From assembly GCA_002811645.1 (NCBI GenBank), contig PDIP01000009.1:134150-197204 (forward strand): a DNA stretch of 63,055 nucleotides, in the 5' to 3' direction. The notes below the pieces were generated by a model, which saw nothing but the letters and a program-made list of their open reading frames with translations, was not told where the DNA came from and searched no databases. This document shows, piece by piece, positions 1-11,210 of the stretch. Made by a program: the position numbers and the translations under genes. Origin of the DNA: Corallochytrium limacisporum Hawaii (lineage: Eukaryota; Protista; Pluriformea). Each line of letters starts with the position of its first letter. The stretch's first letter is position 1.

Positions 1-741
1 TTTCTCCCTCCCTCCTTATTCCGGTTGATTAAATGTGATTTGGAGCAATATTTCGACGCAGAGGATAGTAGTATTTTAGCTCTCTGCGTTTTCCAGAGGC
101 CGTTAGTTGTAATTTGAATTGCACTGTATAGCAATAGTTTAACACATACCCAGGGAGAGGAACACACCCCACTCATACTGTACCTGTCTGACACTCACTA
201 CCTATTTGCTTGCGGAGATCCCTAATTTCATATGCCCGTCTGAGTTTTCTTTAGAAGACCCCTTCCCGTGGTCGGCTCGCTCTGTGCGGCAACGCAATTC
301 CCACCGTTTACTCTTCCGACGGGGCTTCAGGGGATTTCGCTCGTACGGTTCCCCCTGGTTACGCGGTGCTGAAATTGCTTAGTTCGTGAGGAGTCGAAAA
401 TTAGAGGCAAACTCCTTTCTCCCTCGGTGTGTTTTGCGATGTAATTCGTTCACCTTGACTGACGGGCCTCGAAAGGACTGAGCCAGACTTCTGGGTGAGT
501 ATGCAGGTTCGCCCGCCGTAAAGTAGAGGCCGAGTCTACCAGGGATTAGGTGGCTTTGCACCCTTGAAAAGTACGTCCGATGTGTCGCAGCCATTTCGAG
601 CGGTCATTCTCGTAAGTGATGAAGCCAGGCCAATTAAAGAGGATTCTTGACTGGTATTTGAGCAACTTCTGTATCAAACACCATAGGAATCAGATCCCGA
701 GAAACGGGACAAAGCCACCTTACGGATGAAAAGAGACAAAA

Positions 742-1173
742 ATGGCTGACATTGTCAACGGTGGAAATCTCGGTGCAGTTGAGGCTGCATACGATGGTAA
801 TGTCGACCAAGAATGTGAGGAAGAGCATGAGCCTCGTGTGAGTAAGGAAATGTTTGAGGAAGCTACGGATCTTCGCCGCTTGGCTGATGATGAAGCCGAA
901 GACATGGAAGTGGAAACGTACACGGAGGGTTGGTGGGGCAATGTTGAATGGCTGGGGTACCGCATCCTGAAGAGCATAGACTACGTAGGAGAGTCCATTG
1001 CAGACTTTTTTGGCATCACAGACTCAAAGTACGCAGACGTCATCGAAGAACATGACGAGATTATGGCAGAAGAGGCAAAGGAGTGGGCAGAGGCTGCAGC
1101 TTATGCAACCCGGGAGATGGCTAAACTGGAAGATGCCATGCCACAGCCTCTTCCGCAGGCAATGAAAGGATAG
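742..1173 (+). CDS. FAM177A1: FAM177-family small acidic protein
   Basis: 143-aa ORF with ATG in AAAATGG context. The segment DYVGESIADFFGITDSKYADVIEEH resembles the conserved FAM177 core (DFLGEKIAS.LGI.TPKYQYAIDEY). Confidence 0.7.
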   Translation: MADIVNGGNLGAVEAAYDGNVDQECEEEHEPRVSKEMFEEATDLRRLADDEAEDMEVETYTEGWWGNVEWLGYRILKSIDYVGESIADFFGITDSKYADVIEEHDEIMAEEAKEWAEAAAYATREMAKLEDAMPQPLPQAMKG

Positions 1174-1293
1174 CCAAGGGACGCCATATGGTGATGCGTA
1201 CCAGCTGAATTCGCTTACATACAAACAATTAAAGAAAGGACCACTAGTATCCTGTAAAGACTATGATGCATAGTGTCGAATTCTATCTTAGGC

Positions 1294-2352
1294 TCATTTG
1301 GCCGGTTCTACAGCCCCACAGTTCTTACACGTTCGCAATTCTTCCGTACCATAGTAGCGCTTTATGACTGGTGCAAGCTGTGAGCCGAGATCAGTGCAGT
1401 GGAACCTCTCTTCGTACATGATATCGCGGCAATTGGGACAGTACCAACGAAGGCCGTCCAATTCTGACTCCTCACGTTCCCTCTCAATCACCAAGCCAAT
1501 GGTATGAGGGAAACGCTGAGGGCTATGAGGCACCAGTCCTGGAAGAAGAAAAGTGTTGCCTTCCTCGATAATAACATCCCGGAACTCACCACCATCCACG
1601 ACTTTCAGGCACATCTTTCCTTGAAGCTGCAAGAACCATTCTTCACCCTCATCGATGTGGTAGTCTGTCCGAGTGTTTGGTCCACCCACGACCATTACCT
1701 TCAGCTGGCATCCCTTACCATACACCATCTTGTTGCCAACCGGCGGCTTCAACTGATCTCTAATACTGTCAATGTGGTTCCGCAAGTGGAAGGGGTCCGG
1801 ATGAGTCTCCATGTTCACTTTGGGTGACTTACCTCCATCCTGAATCTCCTGACCTTGCGTTGCTGGCCCTTGGAGCAGAGCACCCTCACAGCCCTGGCAA
1901 GTTTTGGTACCACTGCCATGTGTTGATACGTCTTCCTCTGTTTTCAGTTCTGTAATCATCAAGCACTTCCCGCAGACAGCCCAGTGCAACTCTGAATCCG
2001 ATACCTTCTGGCGCAGAGACATGACCTCACCAGCGGTTGAGTCAAGGATACGAGGGACATTGCCTGGCACAAGATAACAGTAACCTTCTTCCAATGTCAC
2101 ACTTCGGGACTTGCTCCCATCGATGATGTGCACCTTCACAGTTCCACTCAGACCCCAAAGCCAGATTTCATTGGTATCGACTGTGTACGACGAATTCCTA
2201 CTGCTGGGCTGCACCTCCACCTGAAATTGACATCGTTTTGTGAAAAGATTGGTTCCGTGACCTGACCTCTCAATCTCTTTCACTGCAGACCAGAACGGGT
2301 ATGCCGCCGGCCTGTGGACTTTTGGATCAATGTACGGCAACGAGGAAGTCAT
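1294..2352 (-). CDS. HAAO: 3-hydroxyanthranilate 3,4-dioxygenase with an N-terminal degenerate duplicate domain
   Basis: The C-terminal half has LKPPVGNK, VGGPNTRTDYH, EEWFLQ, LLPGLVPHSPQR, LRWYCPNC, FHCTDLGSQL and RTCKNCG. Fe ligands H232/E238/H276 are intact. The N-terminal half is a diverged copy. Confidence 0.95.
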   Translation of the reverse strand: MTSSLPYIDPKVHRPAAYPFWSAVKEIERSGHGTNLFTKRCQFQVEVQPSSRNSSYTVDTNEIWLWGLSGTVKVHIIDGSKSRSVTLEEGYCYLVPGNVPRILDSTAGEVMSLRQKVSDSELHWAVCGKCLMITELKTEEDVSTHGSGTKTCQGCEGALLQGPATQGQEIQDGGKSPKVNMETHPDPFHLRNHIDSIRDQLKPPVGNKMVYGKGCQLKVMVVGGPNTRTDYHIDEGEEWFLQLQGKMCLKVVDGGEFRDVIIEEGNTFLLPGLVPHSPQRFPHTIGLVIEREREESELDGLRWYCPNCRDIMYEERFHCTDLGSQLAPVIKRYYGTEELRTCKNCGAVEPAK

Positions 2353-3060
2353 ATCTATTGTTATTGCGAAACAGGTTATCTAAATCTAGCGCAAGAAGCT
2401 CAGGGCATATCTCTGATGCTCACTAATATGCACCTTCACATCCTAGATCATCGCTGTTGCATGAATTCCAACTGAACACCCTACACAGTGGCACATCCTT
2501 TTGTGCGTCTGATTTTGGCATCGCTCACCCAGCTGCTGCGTGGCGATGGACAGGGGATGGAGCACGGAGTTTACGCACGCTAAATTGGCCATGAATTCCT
2601 GCCCCACAATTTACCCCGCGAAGCATTTCATTTCTGAAATTTGGCTCAGCCGCCACCCCAAACCCAAAGAGGAGCACGCATCGGGCAATAGAAAAAAGTA
2701 CTCAGAGTTAGGTGGCTAACATTCACCAAGGGATATTTACATATACGGACGCCGACCAAAAAACCGGCGGATTGGGTTCCAAGGCAGCAGTTGTAAGAAT
2801 CGATGGGGCGCTGACCGTGTCAACAAGAGCGACAAGAAGACGTTGTCGAGCCTGACAGAGAACAACATCGACACGATTGGGCATAGTACTTCTCAGAAAC
2901 ACAGTCCGAGTCATGTCGTTGGTTTGCCATTCCTTCCCAAAGCCCTATTGCCCATATGTGCCGTCAACTAAGAACTCAGTATTACATTTGTATTAATTCA
3001 TGTCAATCTTATATTATCCGTGCTGAATTACGTTCAAATAAGTTATATGTGACCCCTCAT

Positions 3061-3279
3061 TTAGTTAGGGTTGTCCTCAGCAGCCTCCTTTTCGAGCATC
3101 TTAATGCGAGATCCAACAATCGGCATATGCTGCATGATAATGTTGGGCTGAAGTGCCAAGAAACCAATGGTACCTACTGTAGCACCCCAAGCCATTAAAG
3201 AAGGTACCCAGTTGATCACACGCTCCTTGGTAAAACCCAAGAGATGAAGGCTTCCTGAAGGGGGGGTCGGCCGCACCAT
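3061..3279 (-). CDS. QCR10: Cytochrome bc1 complex subunit 10 (QCR10/UQCR11-like), 72 aa
   Basis: From the ATG at 3279: ...NWVPSLMAWGATVGTIGFLAL...HMPIVG. This matches the W.P....WG single-TM pattern plus the P..G motif of QCR10/UQCR11. Confidence 0.7.
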   Translation of the reverse strand: MVRPTPPSGSLHLLGFTKERVINWVPSLMAWGATVGTIGFLALQPNIIMQHMPIVGSRIKMLEKEAAEDNPN

Positions 3280-4057
3280 TCTTGTTCTATTTGCTTTACT
3301 ACGAATTTTCCCAGAGATAACTGTACGTGTAAGATTTGTACAGTAATCATGATAATTTTGTATGCGTACAAAAGCTTTAATAGCAAGATAGATCCTAAGA
3401 CTGGAAGGCACTTTTTATTGGAATGCAATATTGCAACAAGTTTAGTGTCACAAACGCCGACGGAAGACACTGGGGTATGGGACTCATTCCAGCAGGAAGT
3501 ATTTCCTTGCGGACCACGCATCACATTCGCCCTCTCAACTTCTGCTGCTGTGTAGAAGACAGCCTCCCGTTTGGAGCCCACGGTGTGAATCTATCGGCCC
3601 GTGGCCACCGCGCGGAGCGGGGAAAGGGGCTGAAAACAATGGGATTTGTTTATCTCGCCCTGATGTCATATATTGGCTATGGAAGACTGGCAGGGTAGGG
3701 GTTTCTGATACAGAACATAAGGTGCGGTGTCTCAGGGACACAGCAAAGTAAAAAAGTGCGACTCACTGCTCCAGTCGTGGGGGTTGAATTCTATATACGG
3801 ACCTTGCTCAGTCGACAATGAAATTGCCTAAGCACCGTGCGGGTCACCCATCTGGAGCACAAGGAACGGGTCAAGCTGTCGTTGTTCGTGTATAGCTATT
3901 CCAAGGAGAGAGGCATGGTAGATCGATGGGACAGTGCCTTGAACACAGTTCACTGATATGAGCAATTAGCACAAGACATGTAGGGTAGCAAAGATACAAG
4001 ATTGTTAACTCATGTGAGCGTAGACGTCGCACAGACACTTTTCGACAAGCCTTCTGA

Positions 4058-6253
4058 ATGCTCTCATATGGACGGAGCTCCATCGGGAGACTCCGCACTG
4101 GAAACCGAGTAGTACCTTCACAACTGTTTCAAAAATATTTGTCGCAGTTCGTGAACGAACCTGAACGACTGACACGCGATACGTACGATGTCGTTGTTGT
4201 CGGGGGCGGACATGCTGGCTGCGAGGCCGCGGCAGCGAGTGCAAGAATGGGAGCCAAGACACTGCTCATTACCCACAAATTCTCGAAGATTGGAGAGCTG
4301 AGTTGTAATCCATCCTTTGGTGGTATTGGTAAGGGCCATTTGATTAAAGAAATCGACGCACTGGGAGGAATTTGTGGGAAACTTTGCGATGAAGCAGGTA
4401 TCCATTTTCGCACGCTGAACGCTTCAAAAGGACCAGCTGTACAGGGGCCTCGGGCACAGATTGACCGTGATCTATATCGCCAGGGCATGCAGGCTATGCT
4501 CTATGATCAGTACAGAGGTCATTACGGCCTTGAGATTCTGGAGGCAAGCGTTGAGGACCTCTTGGTGGACCACAACGCTGATTCCGAGTATCTCAAACCG
4601 GTGTGTCACGGAGTGGTCGTGGAAACTAGTCGTGGCCCGCAGAACTTGCCTGTCAGAAGTTCCATAGAGAGCAAGACAACAATAATAACGACCGGTACCT
4701 TTCTTCGAGGAGAAATTCACGTCGGTATGACTGTGACACCTGCAGGCAGGCGTGACGACAAGCCTGCCGTGGGACTAGGCCAGACGCTGGAGGAGCTAAA
4801 AATCCCGATGGGCAGGTTGAAGACTGGCACACCCCCCCGCATCAAGCGTGAGAGTGTGAATTGGGACCATCCATCGCTTACTGTTCAGCCAGGAGATGAG
4901 AATCCGACACCTTTCTCTTACAGCAACCAGTTGGTGACGCGCTGGCGACGGGAGGACCAGATCGAATGCCATATGACTCGCACAAACAAGGAGACTGAGC
5001 AACTGATTCACGAGTCAATGGATCGCAACATCCATGTCATTAGGCAAGATGTGTATGGTCCTCGATACTGCCCTTCAATTGAATCTAAGGCCTTGAAATT
5101 CCCCAATCGATCGCATCAGGTCTGGTTGGAACCGGAAGGTCTGGACAGTAACATTATCTACCCCAACGGCATCAGCATGACGATGCCACCGGAAGATCAG
5201 CTTCGGGTGGTGCAAAGTATCGCAGGATTAGAGGAAGCAGAGCTTGTATTCCCGGGATACGGTGTTGAGTACGACTACTGCGACCCCCGGGATCTCCAGA
5301 GGACGCTAGAGAGTAGGCGAATCAACGGTCTCTACCTTGCTGGACAGATCAACGGCACCACAGGATATGAGGAGGCTGCTTCACAAGGCCTGTTCGCGGG
5401 TGCCAATGCAGCTTTGCAGAGCCAAAACTATCCCCCAGAGCTGCGCTTGGAGATTAAGCGCAGCGACGGCTACATTGGAGTACTCATTGATGACCTCCTT
5501 CGGCATAGCGATGACCGGCGGGAACCGTACCGCATGTTCACATCGCGGGCGGAGTACCGACTGTCTCTCAGAGCGGACAATGCAGATGTCCGCCTTACAC
5601 GCCGCGGTCATCAATTCCCCGGCCTTGTCTCCGATGAGGCACATAGGCGAGTACTGTACATCGTGGACGCCCTGGAACGTGGCCGTCATATGTTGCAGTC
5701 TGCTAAATTGTCTCCTATAGCCTGGTCACGCTGTACTGGTGTTACGGAGGGAGGTCCATCGCTGCTCAATCCGGACCCAATCAGTGCCTGGAAACTACTG
5801 AGCTTTAAGAGTATTTCCCTGCAGCAGATCATTGATTCTGCGCCAGCAGAGATGGGTCTGGATGCTGTGGACTATGCTTTGGTTGGAGAGCGCCTGGAAA
5901 TCGAGGGCAGATATAGCGATCTCTTGCGCCGACAGGAAGGGCAGATCCGCGAATTTGCTCGCAGTGAGAGCCTACGACTGCCCACGGACATTGACTTTGA
6001 AAATCTCACATTCCTCGACAAGGAAGAACGTGAGCTGCTCAAGAAGCATCGTCCGGCTACCATCGGGTTTGCACAGAGACTCTATGGTATGTCAGCGGCT
6101 AGCGTCTTGCGACTTATGAAGTATGCAAAGGGACGCGGAGGCAATCAACGGGGTGTCCAACAGCACAGTCGCCTGCGGCAGCGTCATCAGAAACACGAAC
6201 ACCACAAGGACGATACCCCAGCCTCTGTGTCAGCGGCCAGTGGAGCGGACTGA
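4058..6253 (+). CDS. MTO1: Mitochondrial tRNA U34 modification protein MTO1 (GidA/MnmG family)
   Basis: [21 protein letters not shown]-binding motif, [62 protein letters not shown], and an Arg-rich N-terminal presequence. Confidence 0.97.
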   Translation: MLSYGRSSIGRLRTGNRVVPSQLFQKYLSQFVNEPERLTRDTYDVVVVGGGHAGCEAAAASARMGAKTLLITHKFSKIGELSCNPSFGGIGKGHLIKEIDALGGICGKLCDEAGIHFRTLNASKGPAVQGPRAQIDRDLYRQGMQAMLYDQYRGHYGLEILEASVEDLLVDHNADSEYLKPVCHGVVVETSRGPQNLPVRSSIESKTTIITTGTFLRGEIHVGMTVTPAGRRDDKPAVGLGQTLEELKIPMGRLKTGTPPRIKRESVNWDHPSLTVQPGDENPTPFSYSNQLVTRWRREDQIECHMTRTNKETEQLIHESMDRNIHVIRQDVYGPRYCPSIESKALKFPNRSHQVWLEPEGLDSNIIYPNGISMTMPPEDQLRVVQSIAGLEEAELVFPGYGVEYDYCDPRDLQRTLESRRINGLYLAGQINGTTGYEEAASQGLFAGANAALQSQNYPPELRLEIKRSDGYIGVLIDDLLRHSDDRREPYRMFTSRAEYRLSLRADNADVRLTRRGHQFPGLVSDEAHRRVLYIVDALERGRHMLQSAKLSPIAWSRCTGVTEGGPSLLNPDPISAWKLLSFKSISLQQIIDSAPAEMGLDAVDYALVGERLEIEGRYSDLLRRQEGQIREFARSESLRLPTDIDFENLTFLDKEERELLKKHRPATIGFAQRLYGMSAASVLRLMKYAKGRGGNQRGVQQHSRLRQRHQKHEHHKDDTPASVSAASGAD

Positions 6254-6336
6254 CTTACAGAACCCAACATCCAAACGAAATAACTGGTAAAGAATTTACA
6301 AGGACTAAACCTTTCTACCTTTATGTCTAGTACTAT

Positions 6337-6900
6337 TTACTCCCTATGGATTAGAACAAAAAATCCCAACACTCCGAGCAGAACAAATTTGAATTGAGGA
6401 TAGTCGTTCATGAGAATCGTAACCATTCCAGCTTGGGGCAGGAATACCCGTGCTCGACCCACGATGTCCTGACGCTTCAGCCATTTAGTGCCCCTTGAGT
6501 ATATTCCCCGACGGTCGTGAACCTCGTTATTGTCACCTTTTGTTAAAATCAGCGGTGATCCAGGGTCGTCAGGCACTTCGTGAAGTTTGATGATACGATG
6601 AATAATGGGAATGTCACGACCAGGCAGTTTGTAGACAACACTCTCCCCGACACGCAGCGGTTCAAAGTCATAGTTTGTGATCAAAAGGAGATCTCCACGA
6701 TAAAAGGACGGTTCCATGGATCCGGACAGGACCACTACTATTGGCGACTCAGAGTTAGTGGCAAGAATTAAACCACGCCATAGCATGAACGCACTTGTTA
6801 CCACTATTCCGAAATTGATGATCTGTCCCAACATTTGACGCACTGTGAGGTAGACAAAGTCCCCAAACACGGGGTGGAGCATGCTGCGTACATTCACCAT
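6337..6900 (-). CDS. SEC11: Signal peptidase complex catalytic subunit SEC11
   Basis: [45 protein letters not shown]. Confidence 0.97.
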   Translation of the reverse strand: MVNVRSMLHPVFGDFVYLTVRQMLGQIINFGIVVTSAFMLWRGLILATNSESPIVVVLSGSMEPSFYRGDLLLITNYDFEPLRVGESVVYKLPGRDIPIIHRIIKLHEVPDDPGSPLILTKGDNNEVHDRRGIYSRGTKWLKRQDIVGRARVFLPQAGMVTILMNDYPQFKFVLLGVLGFFVLIHRE

Positions 6901-7307
6901 TTTTAAATGTTGTTTTGTCCCAAGCTATGACTGTTTACTGTGTGTCTCGTAGATGGAGCTGGACGTGGTACAATCTTTAAATATCCCTGTACGTTGATTG
7001 TACGTGCTCGTGTTGTGACTAGCGCAGCGCCGCCCTCCTTTTTGTTTTCCCATTTTCTTAGGCAGAGACACACTGACGTTGCAGGTGACCTGTATTCAAT
7101 TTTCTCATCGGTCGGAATACCGGGGGAGGGGGGGTCGGTCATACTGAAGGTGAGTGTGCAGGAAAGCAGTGGGAAGGGAGAGGCGATGGCGCAGGTAGAA
7201 GCAGCAGTGGCGGAGAATGTGGGACGAGCGTAGTAAGGAAGTACCAAGTAGTTTATGTCATCGCTTCGTTGGATACGGCGAGATGGCTGGCGTTTTTTGC
7301 TCATCTG

Positions 7308-10300
7308 TCATCTGTTGTGATTTAAATTCCGCTTGAGCTGTGCACCCAGGCTACTCCGCGGTGATGACTGTGCGCCTTTGCGCACTGGAATCAGTGTTGG
7401 GGTAGTGCAGACGCTACCCGACAGACTCCTGGCATCGGGGCCTGCGTCCGCAGCATCCGTATTAGGACCAGTGTTGGATCGCATCGACAGCGGCGTCTGT
7501 GTCTCGGAGGCCAAAGAGGCCTGAGTGGCCCTACGACTTGTGGCAGACTCCAATTCGTGCAGGAGCTCCGCATTAACGGCATGCAACTCCTTAACTTCGG
7601 CCTGAGAGACGTAGAGTTCCTCGATCTTGTTCTTCAGCGCGGTATTCTCCAAGGCAAGGTCACTCGCAACAATGTTTCGCGAGTCCATGTCCTCCTCAAA
7701 ACTGCTGAGTTTGCTCAGAGCAGCCTCAAATTTTTTTTGCATGGTCACCAAAGATTCACGAAGGGATTTCTGGAGAGCACGTTCCATGCGAAGATCTTCT
7801 GTGGTACGCAGCAAGCGTTGTTGCAAGTCTCCGCGACCTTCGGAAAGGCGCTGATTCTCCACCGCAGCCTGTTCCGCCTGCGCACTCAACAGATCCAGAC
7901 GCTGGGACAGCTCCATGAGCTGATGCCTCGCGTCTGGGCCAGCGTCGTCGCCCCGTTCAGTACGATGTAGGAGTTTATCGTGCCCATCGCCTCCCTTGGA
8001 TCCATGGGTCTTAATGAGGATCCTGTCCACCGCATTGCCCATGTTCTTAACGTCCTTCAATAGTTTTTCTTGCTCTTTGCGTTCAGTGTCGAGGGCCCTG
8101 TGCATGCGTTCCTTCCGTTGCATCGTCCGTTCGTAGTCATCGTAGAGATTGTTGTAGGTGGCAACAACGCGCTGACAGAGACTGTAAAAGCCGCTGCTCC
8201 GTTTGATAGCATGCGCGGACGTCCACATATGGCGTGAGAAATACACCGTGCGCCAGATTTCTGGCAGGATCGTCGCAAGTATAGTGGAAATGGCGGTTTT
8301 GGGCTCCTTGCCTCTGGAATCTGCGATAGCTGCTAGTACCTTGGTAAGGGATGAAGTTCTATCGGCCTCATTTAGGAGCTGGCCCGTCCGGTGCCTGGAG
8401 AACTTGGCTAAGCGACACATACGGACACTGGCGCACACAAACAGGCCCACGCAGCGGAAGCGGACCACACCGGTGAGATCACGCAATCTTCCGCTACCAT
8501 TTGGGTCCAAGACCCGGCGAGAGACAGTAACAGTGTTCATCATGGCAAGACACAGGTTATCTTTCAACCAGACCAAGGACTGGGACTTTCGCTTCTCATC
8601 CATGTACGCCAATGACAGGAGCAGAGTGATGCGATGCAGGTCTCTTTCCTTCTGGGCCACCTGTCTCTTACTGTCTATCAGAGTAGATTCTAATTCCTTC
8701 ACTTTCGGCTCAGTGACCTGCACGAGCTCCGCGGCTTCCCGAAGCCGCTCCTGCAGTTTGCTCTCTTTCAGAGCCATTGAATCGAGGAGCTGGGCATTTT
8801 CCGCTTTGAAATCCTCAATCAGCTCCTGGCCTTCCTGCCACACGGCCAGTAAGTCGTCAAAGTCCTTTCTTTGCAGTCGCAGGTTCATGTCCTGCTGTTC
8901 CAGAGAGTTCGTCGCCTGCTGTAGCTGCTGGCAGCGCAGGGCACGCTCACCTGAGAGTTCTCGAATTCCGAACAGCAATGCTGTATTCAACTCATCAAAG
9001 CTTGCGCCGGACATAGTGGTTGGTTGCAGCTCCGGCGGCAGATGCCAGATTGCATCGACAAGGGAAGCTCTGTGTTTGTCATTCAACTCGTGGACACGAT
9101 CGCTGAGGTGTCGTACGGTCTTCTCAGCTTCCTGCAAACTGGCGCTAAGGTTACCATCAAGATCAAGCTGATTACGATACTTCTGGACCTGGAAATTCGA
9201 TTGCTCTAGAGCCTCCAGAGCACGGTCCCGTTCGTTGACGATCTCAGTGAATAGTCCATGTGCCCGCTCCAGTTCTTTCTGTGTTTCACCGCGGAAAGCC
9301 GTCACGGAATCTGCAATACTCCGAAACAGCGTCTCCAGTCGCCTCACCAATCTCAATTGCTCTCTCTGTTCGTTTTCGTACTCAAGCGCACCGAATTGGG
9401 ATGACATACTCGTATCTCCCAACTTGCGTAAGGGTGACTGTTGCGTTGGACCACCATCCGTGTAGGTGTCCTCGAAGCTCTCTTTGAGTACTTCGGGCAT
9501 CTGTACCTGTGACAATGCAGTTGTCAATGTCGAGCGCAAAGCTTCCGTCACAGAGGTAGTGATTGCTGTCTGCCGCTCCAGCTTCTGTGCCATCCTTGTC
9601 TTGGCAGCATGAGCCTTGCTACACTCTGTCTCTTTGGCTTGATACCGCTTCTGATCCGATTCCGATCGCTGTCGGTATTGCTCTGCTAACTTTAGCTGCT
9701 GATCATACTGATCCTTGAGCGTGCGAACATGTTCCCGAGCTTTGGCAAGCTCAACTGTATTCTTCGTAGCGGTCTCCCTTACGCTTTTCAGCTCCTCATT
9801 CAATTTGTTGTTCTCTGCTCGCAGTGGCTTCAGTTGCTCATTCGTCAGTTTGAGGCTCTTTACTTCTTTAGAGATCTTCATCTCAGACTCTGTTTTCTCG
9901 ACTTCGATTGTCTCAAACTTCTTTTTCCACAGGCCTGACTGCTTCACAACCTCTTCGTGTCGTTCCTGCAGGGAATGATGACGCTGTTTCCAATCATTGG
10001 CTGCATGTTTGGCCTTCTCAGCCTCACGCTTCAATACTGCATTCTCTGCGAGAAGTCCGTCATTCTTGCTCCGCAGAGTCTTCGATTCTGCGTTCAATTT
10101 TCGAATCTTATCCGTATCGTTCTTCTTGCTCTCTACATGCGTCGTCCGCTCCATAGCGAGCACCTTCTCAAGATCACCCATCTGCTTGGTCATGTCCGAG
10201 ATTGATACGTAACACTCATTGAGCTTCTGATATGCCTCATCCATCGCAGATTCCATGCTTTTTTCCATTGCGTCCTTCAAATCCTTCATTTCCTGATTCT

Positions 10301-10766
10301 TAGATGTACTGACTTCCTCAATAGCCTGTTTGGCATCTTCTTGAACCTCCTGAAATGCCTTTTCCAGCTTGCTCAGGCGTGTGGCCAGCGTGTTTTCCTT
10401 GGCTGCCGCACTTTCCAAAATGCTCTCCACTTGGGCTCTTGTTCGAGTCATTGTCGTTTCAATTGCATGTTTCTCATACTCCAATTTGGCCACTGCAGCC
10501 TTCTCGGCTTCGAGAGCAGACTCCAATGCCGCACTACGTCGTTGTAAGCCCCGTAGTTGCTCAAAATACTGATCCTGAGTGGCGCGGAACTGTTTTTTCT
10601 GTGAATGATATTCTCTTTTGAGAGTCGCATCTGCTTCATTTTGTCGACTCACCCGCTCTGAAAGCAAAGTGACCTGCTCACGTAATACATCGCTTTCATT
10701 GCGCGCCTCTCGTGAGCGATTGAAAGATGTGTTTGCCGGGGAGGGACTCAAGGTCCTGGCGGCCAT
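7308..10766 (-). CDS. Long coiled-coil protein, CCDC171-like
   Basis: About 1150 aa of heptad-rich sequence, with the likely ATG at 10766 (the ORF-track start at 10799 is GTG). LEYE...LEKAFQ near the N-terminus and RFRCVGLFVCASVRM resemble CCDC171 and the PACT-type RFR...A..R motif, recognised from memory. Confidence 0.6.
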   Translation of the reverse strand: MAARTLSPSPANTSFNRSREARNESDVLREQVTLLSERVSRQNEADATLKREYHSQKKQFRATQDQYFEQLRGLQRRSAALESALEAEKAAVAKLEYEKHAIETTMTRTRAQVESILESAAAKENTLATRLSKLEKAFQEVQEDAKQAIEEVSTSKNQEMKDLKDAMEKSMESAMDEAYQKLNECYVSISDMTKQMGDLEKVLAMERTTHVESKKNDTDKIRKLNAESKTLRSKNDGLLAENAVLKREAEKAKHAANDWKQRHHSLQERHEEVVKQSGLWKKKFETIEVEKTESEMKISKEVKSLKLTNEQLKPLRAENNKLNEELKSVRETATKNTVELAKAREHVRTLKDQYDQQLKLAEQYRQRSESDQKRYQAKETECSKAHAAKTRMAQKLERQTAITTSVTEALRSTLTTALSQVQMPEVLKESFEDTYTDGGPTQQSPLRKLGDTSMSSQFGALEYENEQREQLRLVRRLETLFRSIADSVTAFRGETQKELERAHGLFTEIVNERDRALEALEQSNFQVQKYRNQLDLDGNLSASLQEAEKTVRHLSDRVHELNDKHRASLVDAIWHLPPELQPTTMSGASFDELNTALLFGIRELSGERALRCQQLQQATNSLEQQDMNLRLQRKDFDDLLAVWQEGQELIEDFKAENAQLLDSMALKESKLQERLREAAELVQVTEPKVKELESTLIDSKRQVAQKERDLHRITLLLSLAYMDEKRKSQSLVWLKDNLCLAMMNTVTVSRRVLDPNGSGRLRDLTGVVRFRCVGLFVCASVRMCRLAKFSRHRTGQLLNEADRTSSLTKVLAAIADSRGKEPKTAISTILATILPEIWRTVYFSRHMWTSAHAIKRSSGFYSLCQRVVATYNNLYDDYERTMQRKERMHRALDTERKEQEKLLKDVKNMGNAVDRILIKTHGSKGGDGHDKLLHRTERGDDAGPDARHQLMELSQRLDLLSAQAEQAAVENQRLSEGRGDLQQRLLRTTEDLRMERALQKSLRESLVTMQKKFEAALSKLSSFEEDMDSRNIVASDLALENTALKNKIEELYVSQAEVKELHAVNAELLHELESATSRRATQASLASETQTPLSMRSNTGPNTDAADAGPDARSLSGSVCTTPTLIPVRKGAQSSPRSSLGAQLKRNLNHNR

Positions 10767-11210
10767 CTTTGCTGGATCACTAGCGTTCACAGTATCCACT
10801 CGTCCTTACATAATGCAAAAGTATAGACTATGATTGAAAGTCTTACCCGGCGTGAACGAATGTCAATAGACAAGTTAGTGTGTCGATAATAGTCACCAAA
10901 GTACCACTGTGCGTCCCAGACTCTTGGACCTAGTTGGGAGCCTTCCCCTTTCCTTCCTCCCGGTTAGGTGTGCCAGGAAAAGCCACAGCTGAGTGTGGAG
11001 TTTCTGTGGTTCAGGAAGCAAAACCCACCCATTGAAATGGTTCCCGCCAAAAAAAACCCAAAGAAGACCGCCCTCTCGGCTAATGATGGGGGTCACGGAG
11101 ACGTCGACTAGCTGACACATATCGCAAGACCCAGAGGAAAACACATGTAAACCAAGGAGTTTAAGAAATGATCAAGTTGACATACATATGTATTTGGCCT
11201 TTTTTCACAG

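Noticed and set aside
8203-9171. 322-aa + strand ORF, and similar long antisense ORFs such as 43014-44039 and 34318-34956
   Set aside because: These are antisense shadows of real genes, with Ser/Arg-biased translations and no motifs.
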